21,896 nucleotides of DNA from Trichodelitschia bisporula (Eukaryota): positions 1,240,001 through 1,261,896 of the forward strand of contig ML996693.1 of assembly GCA_010356995.1 (NCBI GenBank). Reading direction: 5' to 3'. This document shows positions 10,137-19,747 of this stretch, piece by piece (positions within the stretch are counted from its first letter, which is position 1; every line of letters starts with the position of its first letter). The notes beneath the pieces were generated by a model. The model saw only the letters and a list, made by a program, of their open reading frames with translations, searched no databases and had not been told where the DNA came from. The translations under genes were made by a program, and so were the position numbers.

Positions 10137-11522
10137 CTATATCCGCGTGCAAGGGCATTCGAAATTTCGGAAGGCCACCACCTTGGCCGAGCCGTCAGGT
10201 TTGACGAACTTTTGCGCTTGGATGCCGACCTTGCGACAACCGGATCTCCCGTGCATCTATCGAACCTTTTTCGGGATGTCTCCCGTTAGCAGGTAATGCA
10301 CGATGTTTGTGTGTGCTGGGTCATTGAGGAATCTTTGGAATGTCTGTCGTCGCTTTCTGATCGTTTCGGGTTCGTCCGCGTCGGAGTCCTCCTCGATTGA
10401 CAGGTCTCCCCCGGGCCCGTTGGTGATGGCGGCTACCGTCGCAGTTTCGATGTCAGCCAAGGTTCCCCCAACCAAAGAGGGGTTCCCGAGCAGCCCTATC
10501 CGGTTTGCCCGGGGTTCACTTCCGAACGCCACAGGATTCCTCGCCGTACACGTGCAATAGGGCCAGGTCGCGATTGTAGCCGGCGGGACATGGTGTCCTC
10601 TTTGCAGGCCGATCATACCACGTAGAAAGGTGGCCAACTGTTCTCAGCTCCCCTTCTTCAATCACCGCAACCTCCGTGCCAATAGGTATCTGGTAGGGTG
10701 TGCGGGCATGAAGCACCAGATCCGCCAGCGCTCCCCAAATGATCGCCCCGCACTTTTTGAGCTTGCCGGGATCGAGGTGCGGGACAAACAAGTGGGAGAC
10801 CGTGGTCAGGACAACTTTTCCGTCTTCCATACGCAGCTTTAAGCCCAAACTGGCGGAGGCCGCCTGTTGCCTGCCTCCTCGCACAGTACAGATCTGCTGG
10901 CGGGCGAGGACTTGGGTGCTGGTGCTGAGTTCGTGGCCGCGGCGGGAGCGGGCGTGCGTTGGTGAGGGGGGGGGGGGGGGGGGGGGGGGGGCGGAGTGAA
11001 GACAGATTGATGGGTGCAGAACTCGGACAAAGTGCGCATTTTGGTGCGCCGAGTAGGGCGAGAATGCGTTCTAACATACCGGCAACTTTTGACCCGCCGC
11101 AGCTGCATGGTTTGTTGGTGTGCTATGTTCAGGCTCCAGAAGGGGCGAGTGGACAAGCCTTGAAATTTGGACGAGGGAAGACCAGTTTGTAAAGAGTTGA
11201 TGAAGTGGTTATTGGTCTGACAAAGATGTGTGTATAAACGTGCAAGGCAGCTCTCTTTCCTTCGTGCTGAAAGGCAAGTGCAGGGTGTGGGGAAAAACAA
11301 TAGAATGACATGACTAGCAAAACATCGGGGACAGGCCGGTCTATATACCGGCTGGGCAAGCGGTATTACCGGAGTGGGTGCCACTGTCGTCAACTGTCCG
11401 GTAGATGCCGCCGCATCCAGTTCGGCTGGAACCGTCTTTGCCTTCACCTTTGGAACCTTGGCTGAGGTAGGCTTTTCGGTCAGTAACGGGCGCTTCTTGG
11501 ATGAAACCTCCTTCGGGGGCAT
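10137..11522 (-). pseudogene. Fragmented remnant of a fungal hypothetical protein, possibly with a trypsin-like (chymotrypsin-fold) domain
   Basis: Protein-like segments lie in different frames: MPPKEVSSKKRPLLTEK... (ATG 11522); ASASLGLKLRMEDGKVVLTTVSHLFV...VGHLSTWYD...YNRDLALLHV (10884-10516; H and DLAL positions recall catalytic His/Asp contexts); and GSAKVVAFRNFECP (~10200-10140). Segments are separated by stops, frameshifts and a 26-nt homopolymer. Boundaries are approximate. Confidence 0.45.
10966..10991. repeat. Poly-G homopolymer (26 nt)
   Basis: Uninterrupted G run from 10966 to 10991. Confidence 0.95.
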
Positions 11523-13180
11523 CGTCCGGCGTAGCTTTCGTACGATGCCATCCTCTTGCGGGAGGTCCGGACTTGCGGCGATGCTTCTCGCTGGGGACAC
11601 CACTGGCCTGCACCCCCGGGGGCTCCTACTAGCTAGGAAGGACGCGGGGGCAAACGCACCCGCCGTACCCGCCCAGCGGTCTCTCCCGGGCCCTGAGGTA
11701 GCTACCATACAAGCATGGTAGGCGCCCCGGAGCACTGCCACCTCTGTTTGCCTGTCAGTGCGAACTCCAAGGAAGATCGTTGAGCGAGCCACTAACGTCC
11801 ATCCATGGATTAATCCTCAACGGACAAGGGACTCGTCACCGGTAAGCTAACAGACTACGGCTCAAGTCGATTTTGTCTTCGGACACTGATCCAAGAAGTA
11901 CTGCGATAACTTGGGCAGCCATGCTGGACATCGATAGCGGATGATACGAGTGATTTTCGTGTTTTGGGAAGCTGCGAACGGCATTCGCTGGCGAAATGGA
12001 TGATGGATGAAGTGAGCGAGATGCGGTGTTGTTGTGTCGAGACCGGGTTAAATGTCAACGTCCGTTGCGAAGTCGGAAGAAGTAGAAGTGGCGAAGCGTG
12101 CGGAGCAGGCACGGCAGGGGCCATGAGCTGTGGCGTACGGGTAGCTTCCCGGGGTGGCATGGCCCCTTCCACCCCAACAAGCGGAGACGTGAGAGCCACT
12201 ACCAAAACATGCTGGTGATGCTTCCTTTCCTTCATGATATGCCACCTCGCTATGAACAAAGTCCGGACCGGGGGAGCCAGCCAGAGTGCTCAGTCAGAAC
12301 TGTTCTTCGTCGTTGACATCTGCAACTGGGAAATTTGAGCTCGACGCTAAAAGTCATGAGCATCAACGGAATCATCTCTAGCGGAGGAGAACTCACCTCG
12401 GAACCAGATGGCGGGATCTAGCACGGTTCCTGAAAGCTAGGCTACACTCGCATTGCACTCCGGGAAGCCTGTTGACGACCATACGGGCCCGAACCTGCCG
12501 AATGATCTACATGTCTGAACCGCAGCAGCATCTCCGGAACGATTGTGTCAAATGACCGATGCCCCTTCTTATGGCACTTTCTTTATGAGACATGGCACAA
12601 CATGACCGCAGGATTTGCAAGGCAGCGGAGTGGCTTTGCGGGATACGTACCCGACACGCCGAGCCAGAATTCAGGACTGACAGTGAGAGGACAGAGTGGT
12701 GTCGAGTGCGGAACGAACTCGTTTACTAGTTGGGATTCCGTGCATGCCAAGATGACCCGAGGGCTGCAATCAGTGGTCAGCGGACTGAAGATCGCAAGGC
12801 TGGGATGAGCTTCCACGAATTGAGGCAACCGACTGAATCCTTCTGATGGCCGGAACGATACCGCTTCATGCCAAATGCTCCTCGCCGCATTGTGCATCTG
12901 CATGAACTGACAGTTGCAGTGGTTACCGGGGACCATATTCCCCTCCAGAGATCCGGGGTATGCAGATCCCCCCGTATTCGCTTTCGCGGCAAGCAGCCGA
13001 ATATGTGAGGCAATATACAACCCACATCCAATTGGCCGCTGCATGGGGGCGCCCATCCCAAGGTTGAGGTCCGGCAGCGTAGTGCACGGCGCACCTGTTG
13101 TCAATTCCTGGGAATCACAAATGCGGGATACAAAGGGAGCTCGTGGACGACTTTTTTTTCGGATGTACGCTGTCACCGCC

Positions 13181-14946
13181 ATGTCCGACGCTGACCGCAT
13201 CAAGCGCCCCGAGGCGGAGCATCATGAAGCACCCGAAGAAAAGACGCTCACGGCCGTGCGGACCCACTACACGCCATCAACCGAGGAAGAGAATGCATTG
13301 GACCGGTCGATCAATCTGAAGACTGATATCTGTGTAGTTGTCATCCTTGCGATTGACTTCTTGTGGCAGGGCATCGCCAAGAGCAACATCGGGTCGGCGG
13401 GGACGAGCAGTGAGTTGAAGAAACTTGTTGACTACACACGATGCTGACTCCACAGCCATGGTCAAGGATGCGCACCTCCGTGAAGACGACATCCCGAGCT
13501 CGCTGACCTGGTGGTCGGCGACGTACGTTCCGCTGCAACCGTTTTCCACCATGGTCGGCCGCAAGGTCGGGCCAAAGAACTGGATTATCATCATGATGGT
13601 AGTCTGGGGCGCACTATCGGTCGCCCACGCCGGCATTCGCAATCGCGGCACGCTGATCGCCCTACGGTTGTTGCTCGGGGCCGCAGAGTCGGGCTTCACG
13701 CCGACGTCTTTCTACTACATGTCGACGCTATACCCAAAAGAGTACCTTGGCTTCAGGACCGGCATGTTTACGGGCATGTACTCGGTGGCTGCGGCCTTCT
13801 CGGGGCTCATCGCGTTCGGCACGCTGCAGATTGACTCGTCGCGGCTGCATGGGTGGCAGGTGCTCTTTGTGCTCGAGGGCAGCCTAACGATAGTCTTCGC
13901 GGTGGTGTCGTTCCTGATGCTGCCGCGAAACACTTCGACCGCATGGTATCTGTCGCAGCGCGAGCGCGAGCACGCCGCCCGGCGCATGCATCTTGACGTG
14001 GGGACGGAAGAGGCGGGCAGTCACAGCTCGACCTCACTGACAATGGGCAACATTGTGGATGCGGTTAAGGACTGGAAGAAGTTGCTGATCGTGGTGTGCA
14101 ACATCTTTGTGGTGCTTCCGGTGACGGCCTTTACAACTTTTTTGCCGCTGATTGTGCAAGGTGGGTCGTGCCGGAGTGAATGAAAGGCAGCCTAAACTGA
14201 CCAGGCAGGGATGGGGTACAAGGGAGTCCGGGCAAACCTGATGAGCGTGCCACCCTTTGCCGTGTAGGTTTCTTCCAGGCCGAGCTGCAGACGCTGACCA
14301 TCAGGGGCTTTGTCGGACTGCTGATCCTGGTGTACCTGAGCGACCGTACGCGCGACCGGTCACTGTTCATCATCATCGGAGAGACCATTGGCATGATTGG
14401 CCTGGCCGTGATGTACGCTACAAAGAACCCGCGACTGCGATACGGCTTCACGCACGTCTGTCTGGTGGGTTGTGCGGAGCTGGTGGAGGGAACCCGCTGA
14501 CCTTGCAGTGTGGAGCGTTCGCCGGCGGTCCGCTCGTGGCGACCTGGATTGCGGACAACACACCAGACGCAGTGAGTATTGCCCCATGTTCTGTCAGTCT
14601 TTAACGTTACAGGCAACACGCAGCGTTTTGCTCGGGATCAACGGGTGGTCGAATTTGGCGGGGATCATTGCCGGCCAATTGTTCAAGGCCAAGTACAAGC
14701 CAGCATGTGAGTTGCTCTTAGATCCACATCGGTGCTGGTTCTGACTGCGGAGACACGTTTCCTCTCCGGACGGTCATGATATTGGTGGCGGTGGACGTAG
14801 TCGGCTTCATCGCCCTGCGGCTGTTGTATATGTACACCAACCGCAAGCGCAAAGCGCTCAGAGAGCAATTGAGTGCAGAAGAAGTCGAGCAACGGGATCG
14901 CGAACAGCGCGGCAATCACAAGTTGACGTTTGTGTACGGGTATTGA
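13181..14946 (+). CDS. MFS transporter, anion:cation symporter (Dal5/Tna1 allantoate-nicotinate permease) family, ~499 aa, 7 exons
   Basis: Exons 13181-13409, 13456-14160, 14209-14263, 14305-14464, 14509-14571, 14613-14706 and 14753-14946 total 1500 nt in frame. Motifs: LIALRLLLGAAESGF, YMSTLYP, LHGWQVLFVLEG, AWYLSQRER, ANLMSVPPFAV, YLSDRTRDRS, YMYTNRKR, LTFVYGY*. Confidence 0.9.
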
Positions 14947-14968
14947 AGGCGGGGTCAGGTAAAGGTCT

Positions 14969-14996
14969 CGGAGATCATGATCCGCATGTTTATAAA
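14969..14996 (+). promoter_or_regulatory. Candidate core promoter of the EthD-like gene: CGG-N10-CCG inverted triplet plus TATAAA
   Basis: CGG(14969)-AGATCATGAT-CCG(14984) with an internal GATCATGATC palindrome; TATAAA at 14991-14996, 40 nt before the ATG at 15036. Confidence 0.4.
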
Positions 14997-15035
14997 GCGC
15001 GGCTGTCCGACTTGCAAGCTGCTCGTCGAGAACTA

Positions 15036-15589
15036 ATGGAGTCCCACACATTCAACTTTGAGCACCTGAAGCCCGGCAAAGGCTCTAACGAGCAGCCGTA
15101 CCTGCGGCTCCTGATGTTCTTCCACAAGCTGCCCCACATCACCGAGGAACAGTTTCATGAGTGGTGGAAGACGGTCCACGCCGACCTGACGGTGTCAGCG
15201 AAGGACTTTGGCGTCTACATTCAGCGCTACGTGCAGGTATGTTCCGTACTACAGGGACACCGCTGACAGCCAGTTTCATTCGACCTCCGCACACAAGGAG
15301 ATGGTCCGCCCGCTGGGGTACGAGATACTTAGCTTCGATGCTTGCGGGGAGATGCACGCTCGCAAGATGGAGGACTGGGTCAACTTTTCGAAAAGCCAGC
15401 ACTTTGTCAAGGCGCTGATGGGTATGTGCTCGACCTGCACGAGGCGTGGCTGACCCGGCAGACGATGCGCCCAACTTCATGCAGCTGCCGATTCACATCA
15501 TGGCGGGGTACGATAACCTCATTTTTGGCTCCAAGATTGAGGCTTCGGGCTCAGACGGCATTCTGCCGGGCAATCCGCGTTTGAATTAG
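15036..15589 (+). CDS. EthD-like dimeric alpha/beta-barrel protein, ~158 aa, 3 exons
   Basis: Exons 15036-15236, 15274-15421 and 15462-15589 total 477 nt. Product: MESHTFNF...LRLLMFFHKLPHITEEQFHEWWKTVHADL...IQRYVQFH...FDACGEMHARKMEDW...DDAPNFM; the K-x-P-x-x-T-x-E-x-F-x-x-x-W-x-x-x-H pattern is typical of EthD domains. Confidence 0.82.
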
Positions 15590-16413
15590 TTACATCCAGC
15601 CACCGTCGATATTGACGACGGCGCCGGTCATAAATGAAGACTTTTCGCTCAGCAGGAACTCAATGAGATCTGCCACCTCGTGTGGCTTGCCCATGCGTCT
15701 CAGCGCCAGCGCGTTCAAGAAGTCCATGTCAGGGGTGGCGTCCCGAATGCTGTCTGACTGTTGCATCATGGGCGTGTCAACGGGGCCACTGAAATGTTAG
15801 CAAGGCAGGAGGAGAGGAAATGGAAGAGTAGCGGAGGATTCACTTACGGCGCGACGATATTTAGCCGAATGCCCTTTAGACCCAGTTCCTTCGCTGTACA
15901 TCGCGAGAGGCCAATCACGCCGTGCTTGGATGCGCAATACGCACCGTTCATTGGGAAGCCCCGAGTCCCGCTGATGGATGTGACGACGACGATGGCGGCA
16001 CCGGATTTGAGGTGCGGAATCTGCGTGCGCAGGCTATTCATCATCCCCGTGAGGTTGACGCCGATGACGAAGTTCCAGTCTTCAGTCGTGATGTCCTCGG
16101 TGGCCTTGCGCAACACGTCGCGCCCAATCACGGCCGCAAGATTAACCGCCCCGTCGAGGCGGCCAAAGGCGGCGATGGAGTCGGCGATCCATGCTGCGAC
16201 TTGGGCTTCATCACGCACGCCTGTGACGCAGGTGAGGGCGGTTACGCCAGCGGCTTCAATCTCGGCCTTGAGGGAATCGAGCGCGGCAGCCTTGAACGTC
16301 GGCGACGGAGGCGATTGTCCCTTACGAAGAGAGTAACAGGGCGACCTCGCGGCCCATGCCGGACGCGCCGCCGGTGATGGCGATGACCTTGGACGTTGTG
16401 CTGGATTTGACAT
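15590..16413 (-). pseudogene. Classical short-chain dehydrogenase/reductase, apparently inactivated
   Basis: Rossmann motif KVIAITGGASGMGREVALLLSS is followed by an in-frame TAA (16324-16322), then GTIASVADVQ and a frameshift near 16290 into AAALDSLK...FGRLDGAVNLAAV...YCASKHGVIGL...GIRLNIVAP. Intron 15847-15789, last exon PGPVDTPM...RMGKPHEVADLIEFLLSEKSSFMTGAVVNIDGGWM* (stop 15592-15590). No in-frame ATG precedes the TGxxxGxG motif. Confidence 0.8.
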
Positions 16414-17691
16414 CAGGCTGACGCTCAGTCCGCAGGCATGTATGTGCCGTCGGAAATGTTCTCCCGTCGGACTAGAGGTTCCGTCATGGCCTGCATCTCA
16501 AGCGATGCTCGTCAGGATACTTTTTTTGAGTGAACGGAATCTGTCAACTGGAATGGAGCTTGTGGATATTCTCGAGTGTTGCTCCACGGCTTCGTTGTGC
16601 TAGGTGCTGGCAATGCAGAACAAGGCTGAAGCTACAGCCGCGCGGCTGCTTACCACCTGAGCTGACTCCCGGGAAATGAGCCTTTGACCCGATCGAGCTT
16701 GAGTCCGAGATCGTACATAATGCGGTTTCAAATGTTCAAATCGACCCCGCACTTCGTTACCCCGCAGCCCCACATTCAGCCCACTAAATCGGACATGACT
16801 CGCGCGAGCTTCCCGCCACGCACTGACCCTGTGGGTGGGTGGCGGGGGACTTTGTTTTCCGGCTGAAGGCTGAAAATGACTGGCTGGCGAATTTTGGAAC
16901 CGCACCGCCGTTTGACTTTCCGTTTCTACCTTCCCTCGGGGCGTTTGCCTGTCTTACCATCGCGTGGCCGGCGGTATCAGTCGGCGGTGATCGTCAGCCG
17001 TCCAGGCGGGCCAAACTTTCCACCCAAGAACGCCAGGAGGGTATGCGGAGTGCATTAATGCGAATTAGCGCCGGGATTCTGACTTCGAAAGTTTCACCGT
17101 TTCCGCGGCGATTCGCCGGTGGAATTCGCGCATGTAATAATGCTGAATGCTGCCCTGAAGATATCATGATAGTGGCTGCGCTTGCGGGCATCGCGCTGGC
17201 AGCGCGCACGATGGCTTCACCGATCCAGCCGTAAGTCACATTTGGGCCAGACGGTGCACCTGGCCGCGTTCGTTAGACTCTGCTCAATGCGGACTGTCGA
17301 GTGATAACCTCCGCGCCGGCTGCAGTGGCTTACCGAATCAGTGATCGGAGCGGGCCGGACCCCACTCGCCCCCCACGACGTGTCGGCCGCCTTTTGCTGC
17401 AAGCGCCTGCTGTCAAGTCTCGGCAGTCTCGGCACAACAGTCAGGCGGCTGCTATTCCGTGATCCAGACTGTCCGTCCGACATTGTGGCTCCCTTGGCTG
17501 TTGCCCTGCGTTCATGGCGGAGCGAATGTTTCGTGATCTTGGTTTGATTCGGCAGGGGCTTATCAGCCGACTCACGTGGTGGCGTTCGGGTGCTCCGGAA
17601 GCGGGGAAGATGGGCATCTGCACGACACGACAACTCAACACGAGGAAAATCTTCGCGCTGCCATTACGGATGTACCAAGTTCACACATTAA

Positions 17692-19536
17692 CTAAGCCTG
17701 CTTCATGCTGTCCACCACCACCGGCTGTTTCGACATGGCGGGCCGATCCTCCGGAATCTCGATTTTCTCCGCGCCCGGCGGCGGCGAGTCGCTGCTCGAG
17801 CGGCCCACCTCCTGGCCGTGAGATTCTGGGTACGCGCGCCAGAAATCCTTCTTGCCAGAAATGGCGCGCTGCAGCCAGGGCGGGAGGAAACCGCCGGGGA
17901 TGCGCCATGTCCAGGGATCTTTGAACTCCTTGTTGGCGGGCACTAACCGGCCCCCAGATGCAAGCTCGACCAGCCACACGGTCGTGTTGATGACCATGTA
18001 GGAAACGATACCGCCGATGAGGCCGTATGCGATGGAGTAGGTGAAGGGCATGATGGCAATGGTGATGAAGGCGGGGATGGCGTCACCGAGGTATTTCCAG
18101 TTGATGTCTTTGGCGGCCTTGGCCATGAGCGCGCCGACCTGTGACTGTTAGCAGTGAATATTGGAGCTGGCAGGACAAACTCACGATGACTAAGACCGGG
18201 CCCGTCGCCCACGGCGGGATTGACGCAAAAATGGGGGCGAAGAAAATGGCGATGAAGAAGCACAGGCCCGAGAATATGGATGTTAGGCCAGTCTTGCCGC
18301 CCTCTGAGATACCGGCACCGGACTCAATGTAAGCGGTGACTGGCGGTGTGCCCAACAGACTGCCAATCGAGATACCAAGCGCGTCAACCGTGTATGCGAT
18401 GGCACTGTTTTCGAAGTCCTGCGTGCGCTCGTCGATGGCGCCTGCGAACCGCGCCATGGAGTACAGCGTACCGGTCGCGTCGAGGATGTCGACGTACAGG
18501 AACGTGATGAAGGCGAGGCCAAACTGCGCACCGTAGCCGGACACGTCCCACTTTTGCACGTTGAGCGTCTTCTCGATCGGGTGGAACGTCACGACCTTCT
18601 TGAAGAAGTTGAACATGTTGTCGCCGAGCTCTGTGTGTGGGAAGTAAGTCACCGGCGTCGGCCGCGGCCACGAGATGATAGACACGAGCAAGATGCCGAT
18701 GATGATGGCGCCCTTGACGCGGAACATCTGCATGATCACGACGAGGATGCCACTCAGGAAGATGCCGATCCACAGTGTCGGGTCGCGCATCTTGTACGCT
18801 GACTTGCAGAGTCCGTCCTCACCGAGGTACTGATCGCCGCGCGGACAGCCCGCAAGCTCAACCGGCGTGTTGACCGCGCCCTGAATGAGCCCGATGCCGG
18901 CGGAATACGTCAGGCCGATGATGGTGAGGTACAGGCCGATGCCGACGCCCGTCGCAAGCTTGATGCTTTTGGGGATCGCGCGCGCAAGCCACTGCCGCAT
19001 GCCGATGAGTGTGAGCCCGACGAAGACGAAGCCCTCGACGAAGACTGCCGTGAGCGCCACCTCGTACGGGACGAGGCCGCTGCCGTGAAAGCCAACGACA
19101 GTGAAGGTGAAGTACGCGTTGAGACCCATGCCTGGTGCGAGCGCAATCGGCATATTGGCGAAGAGGCCCATGCAGAAGGTCGTCAGCGCCGAGATGGCCG
19201 CCGTAGCCGTGACGAGATCGCGGTTGATGCCTTGCAAGCAGATGAGGTATTCGGTGTCGGTGACGCAGAGATCGTCGCGCGTGCACTTGCACGTGCCGCC
19301 GGACTGCGAAACAATGGTCGCATTGACGGAGATGATGTATGCCACTGCGCATTTTAGCGATGCAAGAGAGAGGGCGGACAACACCTACTGGCAAAGAACG
19401 TTGCCAATCCCGCACGCATCTCGGTGAAAAAGTACGAGCCCTTGCGCTCCTTGGGATGGCCGGAGCCATCAAGGCGGAAGTAGTGCCCCACGGAGCTCTT
19501 CGCAACGCGCTCGTTGAATCGGTGCACCCACGTCAT
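17692..19536 (-). CDS. azgA: AzgA-family purine (hypoxanthine/adenine/guanine) transporter, ~584 aa, 3 exons
   Basis: Exons 19536-19389, 19344-18185 and 18138-17692 total 1755 nt. Motifs: FFTEMRAGLATFFAMAYIISVNA, ANMPIALAPGMGLNAYF, LYVDILDATGTLYSMA, AYIESGAGISEGGKTGLT, DAIPAFITIAIMPFTYSIAYG. Confidence 0.95.
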
Positions 19537-19623
19537 GTTTGGTGATTGATGTGAGGTTGAATGTGGGCGCACCCGTGCACTTATGTCACTCAAGATGGTC
19601 GTATACGGCCGCGGGCGCCCGGG

Positions 19624-19747
19624 CTATCACGCTGGCCAAGTGATAACGCCGTCCAGCCTCGCGCAAGTCGACGAGTCAGGCCGCAGAGGCGTTGCTTTTG
19701 CGACGTGAGTGGCCTCGGCGTGCAGTCGGACGGCTCCGGTCGACCGG
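19624..19747. promoter_or_regulatory. Candidate AreA (HGATAR) and UaY/Ppr1-type (CGG-N6-CCG) sites upstream of azgA
   Basis: CTATCA at 19624-19629 and TGATAA at 19641-19646; TCGG-ACGGCT-CCGG at 19726-19739; overlapping perfect palindrome CCGGTCGACCGG at 19736-19747. Confidence 0.5.

Noticed and set aside
11855..13203. ORFs 11855-12259 and 12583-13203 (-) as genes
   Set aside because: No recognisable domain or coherent splice model; the longer one overlaps the MFS start and promoter. A decayed gene cannot be excluded.
16291..16325. A 35-nt GTAAGG...CAAG intron that might remove the SDR stop codon
   Set aside because: Splicing it leaves the downstream sequence out of frame and deletes the conserved second beta-strand (SVADVQ).
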